Source: Clostridia bacterium (GTDB taxonomy: Bacteria; Bacillota; Clostridia; UMGS1840). From it: a stretch of 64,000 bases of DNA. Below, piece by piece: positions 39,658-49,687 of the stretch. Under the pieces are notes generated by a model that was given only the letters and a program-made list of their open reading frames with translations, had not been told where the DNA came from and did not search any database. How positions within the stretch are numbered: the first letter of the stretch is position 1; every line of letters starts with the position of its first letter. A program made the position numbers and the translations under genes. The DNA lies in NCBI GenBank assembly GCA_017625695.1, contig JAGAKI010000079.1, positions 2,312 to 66,311 on the forward strand, read 5' to 3'.

Positions 39658-40515
39658 TTATTCAGCGATGGTTAAGGTGAAGTTGGTGTCAGCGATAACG
39701 GTATCGTTAGCGAAGAAATCTAATTCTTTTTCACCAGCATGAACGCCTTCTAAGATGATTTCAAAGGTACCATCCCAGTCACCGAAGGTGAAAGTGGTAG
39801 AACCTTCGTAATCTTTAACGGTGTCGCCGTTCATAGCACCATAGTATTTCTGAGCTCTTGCGCCTTCAACGGTAGATTCAGCAGTGAATACTACACCGTA
39901 GTTGGTAACGGTAGCATCAACTTTACCTGCACAGGTAATGGTGGTGCCAGCTGCAGTTGCAGAGAAGGGAGATTCGTCACCAGCGATTTCGATAGTGAAG
40001 TATGCGGGGCATTTTACAGAAGTAAAGTTAGCACCAGCAGCAACGCCTGCTACAGTATAACCAGAAGAAGTGGGGATTTTAGATGCGGTTAAAGCTTTGT
40101 CACCATAAGCAAAATCAGCTTCAGTTAATTTGGTAGCTGCATCAACTTTGTTAACAGTGTAAGTAATTGCTAATAAAGTACCTTCTTCAGTAACATAATT
40201 AGATAAGTCAGAGAAAGAAGCGATCATTTTAATCTGACCAGCTTTATTCTGGGTGTCATTCAGAACACAAGTAGCAAATTTATCGCCTAAAACTGCAGAA
40301 TCTTCAACATAAGTTGCAGCTTCAGTTAACAGAATGGAGTTGAAACCAGCACAAGCTTCAACATTGGTAACATAAATTTCAACAGTTGCAGTAGCGCCGT
40401 TATCTGTAATCACGGTATGCATACCACCGTCTTCATGAGGATCAGCAGCGAAAGATACCAGAGATAAAGAAGCCAGCATAGCCACTACTAATAAGAGTGA
40501 AAATACTTTTTTCAT
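39658..40515 (-). CDS. Secreted protein with cohesin-like beta domain
   Basis: Signal peptide ..VSFA; TVEIYVTN..GQIKMIASF..GTLLAITYTV pattern. Confidence 0.6.
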   Translation of the reverse strand: MKKVFSLLLVVAMLASLSLVSFAADPHEDGGMHTVITDNGATATVEIYVTNVEACAGFNSILLTEAATYVEDSAVLGDKFATCVLNDTQNKAGQIKMIASFSDLSNYVTEEGTLLAITYTVNKVDAATKLTEADFAYGDKALTASKIPTSSGYTVAGVAAGANFTSVKCPAYFTIEIAGDESPFSATAAGTTITCAGKVDATVTNYGVVFTAESTVEGARAQKYYGAMNGDTVKDYEGSTTFTFGDWDGTFEIILEGVHAGEKELDFFANDTVIADTNFTLTIAE

Positions 40516-40555
40516 TGTAATCAATTTCCTTTCAAAATTATAATTGAACTAAATC

Positions 40556-41479
40556 TTACAGATTATCATTGATGAAATCTGTACCGTAGTCATACAAGGA
40601 CAGACCGTTGTTTCCTAACAGAACGGCAATATCACCGCCATCGATGAATAAGTCATGTACAACGTCATAACCAGCAACAGTAGCGCCTTCAGTGATATCT
40701 AAACCGTTAACGTCCAACACTGTAGCAATGTCACTACCGTCGATAAAGAAGTCTTTTGCACCGATTACGTCACCGAACAGCATATCAACTGCGTCCATTT
40801 CAACATCTGCATCTTCAACAGTTGCATATTCCATATAGGGCAATGCAGCGTCTCTGGTGATAACAACAGCATATTCACCAGCTTCTAAACCTTCAAAGGT
40901 GTAGGTACCGTCAACGATTTCAACGGTTTCGATGGGGTTGATGATGAGTTCATCACCGTAGTTTTCAGCATAAGCAAGTGCTTCGTCCACAGTTACTAAG
41001 TGCGCAAATGTGCCGTATGCTGCTTTGTAAGCGTCTAAATCTTCCGGTGCAACGATTTCGTCAGCAACTAACATATCATAGTAGTCAGCTTCTACGAAAT
41101 TGTTAACGGAACCGCTTACGGTGTAGGTATCAGCTTCTTTTTCAAAGAAAATGGTACCAACTTCCTGTTTGTCGATGGCTTCGCCACCCATTACAACTTT
41201 AACGTTTTCAGTTAAGGGATCCATTAACTGGAAGGTAAAGCTGTCTGCTGCAGCCTGATCGATGTACTGGATAGAACCAACTTCGATAGTGTCGCCTTTG
41301 TAAGCAACGATGGTGGTCTGTTTGCCAGCATTCGCAGTAGCAGCGTCGCCGGATAAAGCTGCGGTATAGGTTTTGCCGTCTGCATTCAGAGCGATTTCAT
41401 CAGAAAAAGCTGCAAAAGAAGTCATAGACATGCTACCCATTACTGCTAAACCAGCGAGTAAAGCGATGAGTCTTTTCAT
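40556..41479 (-). CDS. Secreted protein with Ig-like X module and C-terminal dockerin-like duplicated Ca-binding motif
   Basis: DGTYTFEGLEAGEYAVVI; GDVIGAKDFFIDGSDIATVL / YDVVHDLFIDGGDIAVLL. Confidence 0.65.
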   Translation of the reverse strand: MKRLIALLAGLAVMGSMSMTSFAAFSDEIALNADGKTYTAALSGDAATANAGKQTTIVAYKGDTIEVGSIQYIDQAAADSFTFQLMDPLTENVKVVMGGEAIDKQEVGTIFFEKEADTYTVSGSVNNFVEADYYDMLVADEIVAPEDLDAYKAAYGTFAHLVTVDEALAYAENYGDELIINPIETVEIVDGTYTFEGLEAGEYAVVITRDAALPYMEYATVEDADVEMDAVDMLFGDVIGAKDFFIDGSDIATVLDVNGLDITEGATVAGYDVVHDLFIDGGDIAVLLGNNGLSLYDYGTDFINDNL

Positions 41480-41578
41480 AGTTTTTCTCCTTTACTTTTT
41501 TCCGGGAGGAAAATCCCGGGTATATTTATTTTTTTTTAAACAAAGTTAGGGTTGCCCACCCAAAGCAGAGGGCAAAAA

Positions 41579-42841
41579 TTACTGAGCGGATGCGTATGCA
41601 TAGTCACGCAGCGTCAGCATCAGCATAATTTCGGACATCAGCTGTTTTTCAACATCATTTTCTGCGTTCCAGGGATAGTTTGCGGGAGAAACGATAACCA
41701 TTCTCTGACCTGCTAACCACTGAACATCGCAGTTTAATGCTTCCGCAACAGCACGCAAGGGAACAAAGGTTCTGTCCTGCACGATTTCAGGAGCTACATC
41801 CATGGTTTTCTTCAGACCGTCATTGGTGTAGGTGGTGGAGCCAATCTGGAATACCAGTTTGGTTCTGCCGTTTTCAATGATGATTTCCTGAGTTTCTGCT
41901 ACATATTCTACTTTACATTTCAGTTCTTCTGCAATGTAACGCAGAGGAATCATAGTTCTGTCATCTTTGATATAGGGTTTTACTTCTTTGTTATCTTTAT
42001 CTACCCATTTTAAGGTACCATTTCCTACAGTACCGTAGTTATTTGCCTGCAAGAAGATTACATTTTCCGCTCTTAACTGTTTACGGGTTACCATATCAAG
42101 ATTTGCAGTACTGTCAGAAGTGATAACATCCTTCACACCAGTTACATCAGAAGAATCTGTTTTACCGTCAGGATAGTTAAAATCCACGGCACAACTCTGC
42201 ATACCATAGGAGTTAACTACCATCATACCGCCATAGACTAAATCGCTACTCTGCAATTTAAACTCTACAGGAGCATCAGACAATTTCTTCATAGTAATAC
42301 GAATAACTTCCAAACCATTTTCATCAGCCAATGCCTGGAATTTATCAGAAACAACAGAGTTAGGTGCTAACTGAGTATTCGTTATGCTAAATAATGCTAA
42401 AACACCATTCGCTGCTTTTGAACCTTTGAAAGACTGCCAATCTGCGATTTCTTCACCGGTTTCTAAGTCTTTTGCAATAATAGGACAGGATAAAGCTTCC
42501 AGTAAATCGGTAGTTACTTCTTTGGTGTCTTTATTAACAGGAGCAACTACTTCAGGATTGTAGGTAATTGTAGAAACAATCCCTTTGTATGTAGCGTTAT
42601 AGAGAGTGATATCTACGGTGAAGAATCCGTCTGCATCGGGAGCGGATACGTCAAATACAACTTTTGCCTTATCTGCTACCGGTGCCTGAGCAACCGGAGT
42701 TTCTTCTGCTCCTTCAGAGATTAACATAACATCGCCCTGAACTTCGGTCACAGTACCGTCTAATACTGCTTCTTCTGCAAATGCACAGCAGGATGCAGTC
42801 ATAACAGTTGCCAAAATCAAGGATAAAATTTTCTTTACCAT
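41579..42841 (-). CDS. Secreted protein with cohesin-like domain and copper-amine-oxidase-like N-terminal (stalk) domain
   Basis: FTVDITLYNA..ITYNPEVV; PYIKDDRTMIPLRYIAE, RTFVPLRAVAEAL. Confidence 0.7.
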   Translation of the reverse strand: MVKKILSLILATVMTASCCAFAEEAVLDGTVTEVQGDVMLISEGAEETPVAQAPVADKAKVVFDVSAPDADGFFTVDITLYNATYKGIVSTITYNPEVVAPVNKDTKEVTTDLLEALSCPIIAKDLETGEEIADWQSFKGSKAANGVLALFSITNTQLAPNSVVSDKFQALADENGLEVIRITMKKLSDAPVEFKLQSSDLVYGGMMVVNSYGMQSCAVDFNYPDGKTDSSDVTGVKDVITSDSTANLDMVTRKQLRAENVIFLQANNYGTVGNGTLKWVDKDNKEVKPYIKDDRTMIPLRYIAEELKCKVEYVAETQEIIIENGRTKLVFQIGSTTYTNDGLKKTMDVAPEIVQDRTFVPLRAVAEALNCDVQWLAGQRMVIVSPANYPWNAENDVEKQLMSEIMLMLTLRDYAYASAQ

Positions 42842-42862
42842 GGGAATCTACCTCGCTTCGTT

Positions 42863-43459
42863 TTACTGAATTTTGTTTCTGCCCAATGGGGACAGGGACA
42901 ATCGAACCTCTGCCAACACTGCGGATTCTGCTGAATTTCCGAATTCCCAGAGTGCATCGGCAGGAGTGATGACAACAATTCGTTCCTGCTGCAGCCATTC
43001 TACAGCTCTTCCTAACGCAACAGACACAAATCGGACAGGAACAAACGTTCTGTCCTCCAAAATCTCTGCTGCACAATCCATTTCGTAAGTCACTCCATTG
43101 AGATTGTAAGTTTTTTCATCAACTGTCAGCTCCATTACGGTTTCACCCAAAGTAATGGAAATGCCTCTTGTTGCCGGGTCATATGTAACGGTTGCACCCA
43201 ACTCTTCTGTAATGAAGCGAAGAGGAACCATAGTTCTATCGTCTTTAATATAGGGTTTGACTGCCATGTTTCCACGGTCAATCCACTTTAACGTTCCATC
43301 GGACACGGTGGCATAATTATCTATCTGCAGAAAGATAACGTCAGCTTTCCGTAAGCGAACAGCTTGTTCCGCCTCGGTTTCCACAATATCCGCAGCAAAA
43401 ACACCCACTGACATGGAGCAAGCCAGAGCCATAAGCAACAGGAAAAATCTCTTCACCAT
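42863..43459 (-). CDS. Secreted copper-amine-oxidase-like N-terminal (stalk) domain protein
   Basis: PYIKDDRTMVPLRFITEELG, RTFVPVRFV; paralogous to the C-terminal half of the next gene. Confidence 0.85.
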   Translation of the reverse strand: MVKRFFLLLMALACSMSVGVFAADIVETEAEQAVRLRKADVIFLQIDNYATVSDGTLKWIDRGNMAVKPYIKDDRTMVPLRFITEELGATVTYDPATRGISITLGETVMELTVDEKTYNLNGVTYEMDCAAEILEDRTFVPVRFVSVALGRAVEWLQQERIVVITPADALWEFGNSAESAVLAEVRLSLSPLGRNKIQ

Positions 43460-43908
43460 TGGCTTACACCTCCTACAATCCATAGACAATTAGCGATTTT
43501 ACTATGGTTATTATAGCACAGCGATTTTTTTTTGTAAACCCTTTTTCCTAAAAAACCTAACTTTTTTTTGTAAAAATACCAACTTGTTTTTTGTATAAAT
43601 TGCACAAAGATTTTTTTTACTTTCGTGATATTCTACTGTTTCCACAAAGAATTCCACATTTATAGTGGATTACTTTTTTGTTACAAATTTTTTTCCACAA
43701 AAATGATGAATTTACCTGTGGAATTTGTAGAAATTTTTTTTCAGATATATCATTTTTGTATCATTCTTATGGAAATTTTCTTTGATTTGATAGAATTTTG
43801 CTATACAATTATATATATAGGGGGAACGATGCTTCTGCCGTTTGCAGAATTTTTTGTCAAATGATGCAGACATCGGATTCCATCAAGTTTTCTCGTTGGA
43901 AGGGGTTC

Positions 43909-44335
43909 CACCTCATCCGTCAAAACCTGAGGTTTTGACACCTTCTTTGCAAGGAGAAGGCTTGCGAGGGGGGCGGTCTATGTTCTTTTGCAAACCGCTA
44001 CGCGGTGCAGAAAAAGGGCATAGAATCAATCAATCAAGCCCGCAGGGGTTACCCGAAGACGTACGCCGGTACGTCGAGAGGCTTGATTGGTTCATAGCAA
44101 AAGGCATTTTAATCAAAATTTGTGACAACAAATTTTCACCTTAGAAAATAATAATACCAAGAGTGTGTATGCCGTTTGCGGTCTATGTTCTTTTGCAAGC
44201 CGCTATACGGTGCAGGAAAAGGGTTCGGAATTAACAAACTGACCCCGAAGCTGTACTCAGGTACTGCGAGAGGGGAGGTTTGTTGATAGCAACAAGCATT
44301 TTCAATCAAATTTCGTTTTTACGAAATTTCACCTT
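43909..44335 (+). repeat. Composite intergenic repeat cluster: one CCTCATCC REP and two ~205-bp units carrying GTAC hairpins
   Basis: gcggtctatgttcttttgcaa at 43973 and 44178; hairpin cores at 44053 and 44245. Confidence 0.75.
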
Positions 44336-44382
44336 TTAAAAATTAACTATCTTTGGTGTTGCTTGTTGCGTTCCGGATTCTT

Positions 44383-45993
44383 TTACAAGCCGTCGGTGAT
44401 GATTTTTTTGTGTTCTACCCTGATACAACGGTCTGCCATATCAAAGGCTGCTTGCTTATGAGAAATAATGATGCAGGATTTTCCGGGGATGGAACGGATG
44501 TTTTGCAAGACTTTGGCTTCGGTTGCTTCATCTAAGGCTGAGGTACATTCATCCAGCAGGAAGAGGGGAGCGTCCAGGTAAACCGCTCTTGCAATGGCAA
44601 GACGCTGCACCTGTCCCTCAGATAAACCAAGTCCTTTTTCGCCAAGGACGGTATCCATTCCCTGAGGTAAGGTCTGAATGAAATCATAGATATCTGCAGT
44701 TTTGGCAGCTTCGATGATTTTTTCTTCGTCTATGTTACGGTAGAACGCAATATTTTCACGGATGGTACCGGAGAGAATCATATTTCCCTGAGGAACATAT
44801 GCCACTTCGCCAAAGCAGGACACTTCTCCGGAGGTGGGTTTTAAAATTCCCATAATCAGTTTTAAAAAGGTGCTTTTTCCAATGCCGGAAATACCGCCAA
44901 TGGCGATAAATTCCCCGTGTCTCATGGTGAAGTCGGTATGCTCAAACACAGTTTCTTCCCCGTAAGCAAAGCTCATATTTTGAATCTGCACCAACGCTGA
45001 TTCATTTTTGCTTAGCAAAGACTTACGCTCATCCGGCGACAGATTTTCCAAATCCATCAGCCGTTCTGCGGAAGCGATGGTGGAAAAATACTGGGGTACG
45101 ACGGAGGATAAATCTTTCACCGGAGTCTGCACCTGATTAAGCAACTGTAAAATTGCGGTCAGGGTACCGAAGGTCATCAGCCCCAAAGACAGTCTCCAGG
45201 CACAGTAACCCAAAGCGATATAGTAGCTTCCGGTCAGTGCTAAATAGAATAGTATATTCATCAGGATGCTGATGTAGCTTCGTTTGATGGTGAATTTAAA
45301 ATGAAGAAGCTGGAATTCTCTGGCGTGATTGATTACTGCATCTTCGGTACGGTAAGCTTTGATTACCAGAAGATTCTGCAGAATTTCCTGCATAAAGGAT
45401 TTGGTTTTGCCGTCAGTTTCCATACATTTTTTGTGGAGTTTTTTCATACGGGAGGAATAGAGTCTTGCCCCAAAGAAAATCATGGGACAAAGCAACAGAC
45501 ACACCAGTGCAAACCATTTGTCCAGACGGAACAATTCATAGAAGCTTAAGACAATCCGAAACAGCAGAGACACCAGGTTGGGAATCAACAGCATCACACC
45601 TGTGACAATCACATTGACGTCAGAATGGATCAGATTAATAAGCTCTCCGGAATGAATGTTGCTGATTTGCTGCCAGTCACGCCCCAGACAAACACCAAAG
45701 ACGTATTCTTTCAGACGAATGGCATATTTTCCGCTCACACGGGCATTCATTAACGAATAGACCACCTGACTTCCCAAAAGCAACAAAAGCATCACAAGCA
45801 AATGTGCAATCTGACCATACAGACTGCCTTCCTTTGCGTGAGATGCAATGTCTAATACTTCTTTGGAAACAATGGCAAACCGAACACCCAGGTAGGACAT
45901 CAGCATCCCAAGCAGGGTGAGAACTGCCAGTTTCCCATACATTTTTGCACCGGTTCGCTGACACAACCATTTAATTTGTTTCTGATTTTTCAT
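44383..45993 (-). CDS. ABC exporter, fused permease and ATPase
   Basis: N-terminal TM helices; GISGIGKST, LSEGQVQR, LLDECTSALD, ISH. Confidence 0.92.
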   Translation of the reverse strand: MKNQKQIKWLCQRTGAKMYGKLAVLTLLGMLMSYLGVRFAIVSKEVLDIASHAKEGSLYGQIAHLLVMLLLLLGSQVVYSLMNARVSGKYAIRLKEYVFGVCLGRDWQQISNIHSGELINLIHSDVNVIVTGVMLLIPNLVSLLFRIVLSFYELFRLDKWFALVCLLLCPMIFFGARLYSSRMKKLHKKCMETDGKTKSFMQEILQNLLVIKAYRTEDAVINHAREFQLLHFKFTIKRSYISILMNILFYLALTGSYYIALGYCAWRLSLGLMTFGTLTAILQLLNQVQTPVKDLSSVVPQYFSTIASAERLMDLENLSPDERKSLLSKNESALVQIQNMSFAYGEETVFEHTDFTMRHGEFIAIGGISGIGKSTFLKLIMGILKPTSGEVSCFGEVAYVPQGNMILSGTIRENIAFYRNIDEEKIIEAAKTADIYDFIQTLPQGMDTVLGEKGLGLSEGQVQRLAIARAVYLDAPLFLLDECTSALDEATEAKVLQNIRSIPGKSCIIISHKQAAFDMADRCIRVEHKKIITDGL

Positions 45994-46465
45994 TTTGTTG
46001 TTCTCCAAGCATATGACGATACTTGCGTAAACGGAAATTTACAATCTTCCACCGCCAGGGCATCAGCAGATGCCAGATTCTTACGTACATCCAGTAGAGA
46101 GGACTTTTCACAGAATGTTCCTTTCCCCAGCGGGTATAGGAGGTGACAACGCCGAAAATCTGCTCCCGGTTGACCGGAGGCTCCGGCTTCAACTCGTTAT
46201 CGCCCGCAATGAGGTAGGTGCCGTCCTTTTGAATTTTTAAGACCCGATGGAGAATGTATCTCCCATCGGTACGGCGATGAAAGGTGATATCATATTTTTT
46301 GATTTTTCCGGCAGGAGACAGGGTAACCGTATCCCGTCGGGTATGGAGCATAGGGTACATACTGTTTCCGGTAACAGTCAGTCGGACAGTATCTCCCCGC
46401 CGGAGCAATTCTTCCACCAACAGTCCCATTTGCCGGACATCGGCAATTTTTCTCGGAGCTTCCAT
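45971..46465 (-). CDS. S24/S26 family peptidase-like protein
   Basis: VTGNSMYPML, YILHRV, AGDN (Ser/His variant). Confidence 0.85.
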   Translation of the reverse strand: MEAPRKIADVRQMGLLVEELLRRGDTVRLTVTGNSMYPMLHTRRDTVTLSPAGKIKKYDITFHRRTDGRYILHRVLKIQKDGTYLIAGDNELKPEPPVNREQIFGVVTSYTRWGKEHSVKSPLYWMYVRIWHLLMPWRWKIVNFRLRKYRHMLGEQQNEKSETN

Positions 46466-46469
46466 ACTG

Positions 46470-46727
46470 TTACTCCATTAAATTGTTATCGGACAGGATT
46501 TTGATGAAATTTTCAATATCCCGCATTGCAGTTGCTTCATCAATGTCATATTCTGCGGTCATTTTTGCACACAGGGCAGGAAGTTCGATGCCTTCCTGGA
46601 GAAGTTCCCACAAAAAGGCTCCGGTTTCGTTTACGGTAATCATAGCAGTGAAATCTACCTGACCTACGGGAATTACAATGTAGCTTCCGGCTACTTCTTT
46701 GAGCATAAAGCCTTCTTTTAATTTCAT
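46470..46727 (-). CDS. PqqD family protein (RiPP recognition element)
   Basis: MKLKEGFMLKEVAG..VNETGAFLWELL..EYDIDEATAMRDIENFI. Confidence 0.9.
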   Translation of the reverse strand: MKLKEGFMLKEVAGSYIVIPVGQVDFTAMITVNETGAFLWELLQEGIELPALCAKMTAEYDIDEATAMRDIENFIKILSDNNLME

Positions 46728-46843
46728 AAAAAATCCTCTTTTCTTCAGAATGGGGGATTGCAGCACATTCTGTCAGATGTGCAGCGTCAAGCAATATCAT
46801 GCTCTCTCTCCAAAGGGATTACCCTTCGGGAGAAAACAGGCAA

Positions 46844-47638
46844 CTATCGGAACAATCTGCCAAACCAGCGGACAGGAGTTGCCGTCTGATAATAATTACT
46901 TGCATATTTTTCGATGTATTCGTTATCTAACAGCAGATGTCCGTTTACATTCAGATAATGGGCGAATTCCCCGGATATTTTTTCGCTTATCAGCTGATAG
47001 GCCTTTTCCAGATTGGGGGGACGGTTGTTCTGATTGTGCGTATCGGAACCTAACAGATGGATTTTGTTTTTCTGAATCATTTTAAATACGGAACGGCGGG
47101 TCGCTTTTTCCAAAATTGCTTCCCCGTTGATTTGAAAATACAAATCCATCGATGCCAGCTTGTCAATCTTCTTTTTATCCACATGAGGATAACGCTCAAT
47201 GTGGGCAATCACCGGAATCAGATTCCGATGGGCAATCAAAGCGTAAATGGAATCAAACATCCAGTCATACCACGCAGTGTAGGGCATTTCCACTAAAATG
47301 TAGCGGGTTCCCTCTATGGCAAGTTTTTCGATGCCTTCCACTTCGGACAAATCGCAGGTCAACGCCACCTCAGCTCCCATACGAAGGTTGGGAATGGTGA
47401 TTCCGTTTTGGTTGGCATATTCGGTAATCTCTTTCACTCTGCGAGCCCGTTTTTCTACAAAGCTCTGAATAGTGGTGTTGTCAAAATCTTTAAAGTGGGG
47501 AGTCAGGATGACGGTTTCCACATTCTGGCGATACTCCTCCTCCAGCATTTTTACGGAGGTTTCAATATGCTCGGGTCCGTCGTCCATCCGATGAAGAATA
47601 TGCGAATGAACATCAATATATTTTAACACGGTGTTCAC
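46844..47638 (-). CDS. PHP-family tyrosine phosphatase (CpsB/CapC-like)
   Basis: DVHSHILHRMDDGP, TPH, GAEV, AHIERY, GSDTH. Confidence 0.92.
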   Translation of the reverse strand: MNTVLKYIDVHSHILHRMDDGPEHIETSVKMLEEEYRQNVETVILTPHFKDFDNTTIQSFVEKRARRVKEITEYANQNGITIPNLRMGAEVALTCDLSEVEGIEKLAIEGTRYILVEMPYTAWYDWMFDSIYALIAHRNLIPVIAHIERYPHVDKKKIDKLASMDLYFQINGEAILEKATRRSVFKMIQKNKIHLLGSDTHNQNNRPPNLEKAYQLISEKISGEFAHYLNVNGHLLLDNEYIEKYASNYYQTATPVRWFGRLFR

Positions 47639-47661
47639 CTGCTTTCCGGAAGATTTTTATC

Positions 47662-48573
47662 CTATTTTTGATTTTTCTTTTTGGGAACGATGATTTTTTC
47701 TCCCTGGGCAGTTTTGCTGTTCTGACGGATTTTGTTCAGAAGCTCTGCCTGTTCTGCCTTTTTCTCCTGAGCCTGTCCGCTGGTGTATTCATAGCGGTTG
47801 CCGTAATACTGCTTCTTATAGTAGCCATATCTGCCGTAGCCGGTATGATAGCGGTAGTAGGAACCGCCTTCTTCGGAGGCATCGTTCAACATAAAGCCAA
47901 GCACCTTAGCACCGGAGAATTTCAATTTTTCCAGCGCCTCCTGCAAGGATTTATGGTCAGTAATTCCCTGACGTGCCACTAAAACCGTACCGGATGCATT
48001 GCTTGCCAACAACAATGCGTCTGCCAGCAAGTTAACCGGCGGAGTATCAATCAAAATATAGCGGTATTCTTTTTTCAGTTCTTTGAGCATATCTTCCATT
48101 TCTTTGGAAGACAACAGCTCCGCAGGATTGGGAGGAATGTGACCGCTGGGCATCACCCAAAGATTTTCATACTGTGTAGGATGAATTGCTTCTTCTACAG
48201 AACAGAAATTACGCAGTGCATTGGATAACCCCATTTTGGAAGCAATCTGAAACACCTTTGCGATACGGGGTTTTCTTAAGTCACAGTCGATGAGCAAGGT
48301 TTTTTCACCGGTCTGGGAAAAAGCAATCGCCAGGTTAATACAGTTGGTGGTTTTCCCTTCCATCGGCCAGGAACTGGTTACAATGATGGTACTGCTTTCT
48401 TCTTCGGGGAGAGCAAAACGGATATTGGTTCTGCCGATTTTATATGCTTCGCGGATATTGAAGCTGGATTTATCGTCAATTAAATGAGTGCTTCGGGTGC
48501 TTCGGGTTGGCTGAGTGGCTTTTTTCCGGGAACGAAACACCGCACCCAGGGTAAGGTTATTAAGCTTTTTCAT
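47662..48573 (-). CDS. BY-kinase (CpsD/CapB-like)
   Basis: EAYKIGRTN, PMEGKT, IDCDLRKP, IDTPP, C-terminal Tyr cluster. Confidence 0.93.
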   Translation of the reverse strand: MKKLNNLTLGAVFRSRKKATQPTRSTRSTHLIDDKSSFNIREAYKIGRTNIRFALPEEESSTIIVTSSWPMEGKTTNCINLAIAFSQTGEKTLLIDCDLRKPRIAKVFQIASKMGLSNALRNFCSVEEAIHPTQYENLWVMPSGHIPPNPAELLSSKEMEDMLKELKKEYRYILIDTPPVNLLADALLLASNASGTVLVARQGITDHKSLQEALEKLKFSGAKVLGFMLNDASEEGGSYYRYHTGYGRYGYYKKQYYGNRYEYTSGQAQEKKAEQAELLNKIRQNSKTAQGEKIIVPKKKNQK

Positions 48574-49360
48574 TGCGGGTTTCCTCCTCTGTTTCTGAAT
48601 GATAGCCGTATCCGTAGCCATAGTTATAGTTATAGCTGTAATATTTTCCGCCGTATCTGCTGTCGCCCTTGCCTTCATGATGCAGATTGGGGATAACGGT
48701 CAATACGGGGAGCTTGTACTGCTCGGTTAATTCTTCTTTGGATTTGACGGAAGTATTCATCAGCTCAAATACAAATGCCAAACCGCAAGCTAATACCATA
48801 CCGATTACAATACCGATGATGGTGTTCTGCGGAATGTTGGGAGAAGAGTGAGTGGTGGGGAGGGTAGCTTTGTCTACTGTTTCTACCGCACCGGCACGAA
48901 CCACACGGATAATTTCCGGAGGTGCTACCTGTTCAATTGCATCGGCAATGATTTTTGCATCCTCGGGATTGTTTGCAGAGATACGAACTTCAAATACTTC
49001 AGTTTCTTCCACAACATCGGCACCGATCATTGAACGGATTTCTTTTGCGGAGTAGTTCAGACCCAGTTTGCTGATTTTGGAAGAAACGGTTTCCAAAACC
49101 TGGTCACTTTTCAAAATTACCATATAAGTGTTAACCAGTTTCGCAGACAGTGCAAAGTCGCTGGTGTTGAGTGCCTGAGTCGTTTGCCCGTCTTTCTGAT
49201 TGTAAACATACAGTGTGATTTTGGAAGTATACTTTTTGGGAAGCACATACTGTGAATAGGAAAAAGCAACAATGCCTCCTACCAGAGCCAGTGTAACAAT
49301 CAGCCACAGCCGCTTCAACAATATTGTGATAATGTCATTGACGGTAAAATTCCGTTCCAT
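48560..49360 (-). CDS. Polysaccharide co-polymerase / kinase modulator (CpsC/Wzz/YveK-like)
   Basis: Two TM helices, PKKYTS, SSPN, LPVLTVIP; Tyr-rich tail. Confidence 0.9.
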   Translation of the reverse strand: MERNFTVNDIITILLKRLWLIVTLALVGGIVAFSYSQYVLPKKYTSKITLYVYNQKDGQTTQALNTSDFALSAKLVNTYMVILKSDQVLETVSSKISKLGLNYSAKEIRSMIGADVVEETEVFEVRISANNPEDAKIIADAIEQVAPPEIIRVVRAGAVETVDKATLPTTHSSPNIPQNTIIGIVIGMVLACGLAFVFELMNTSVKSKEELTEQYKLPVLTVIPNLHHEGKGDSRYGGKYYSYNYNYGYGYGYHSETEEETRNEKA

Positions 49361-49687
49361 GTGATTTGTTTCCTTTCCTGAAAAGTCCGGACAGCTTGCC
49401 TTCGGATTTAACATTATATAAAAATAATTCTAAACTATTGTATCATAAATTTGGCTCTGTGTCAACCGATTTATGGATTTTTCATCGAATATTTGGTCAT
49501 TTTTTTGATATTTCCGGCAAAGATTTCCCAAAAGGCAGTTTGTTTGGAAATATTCATACAGACTGACAGTTTTATCTTGACTTTTTCTGCATTTTATTGT
49601 ATGATAGATTTATGAAGTTGTATAATTTCGGATTTTTACGCATGATCAATTATAAAATCCATCTGTGATTTGAAGGAGAAACTTCCG

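Noticed and set aside
43625-44144. ORFs 43625-43864 and 43842-44144
   Set aside because: Translations of AT-rich promoter DNA and repeat units with no protein-like features
44383-46727. Canonical lasso peptide cluster
   Set aside because: No asparagine-synthetase-like cyclase or transglutaminase-like B2 protease in the window, and the peptide lacks an obvious lasso core
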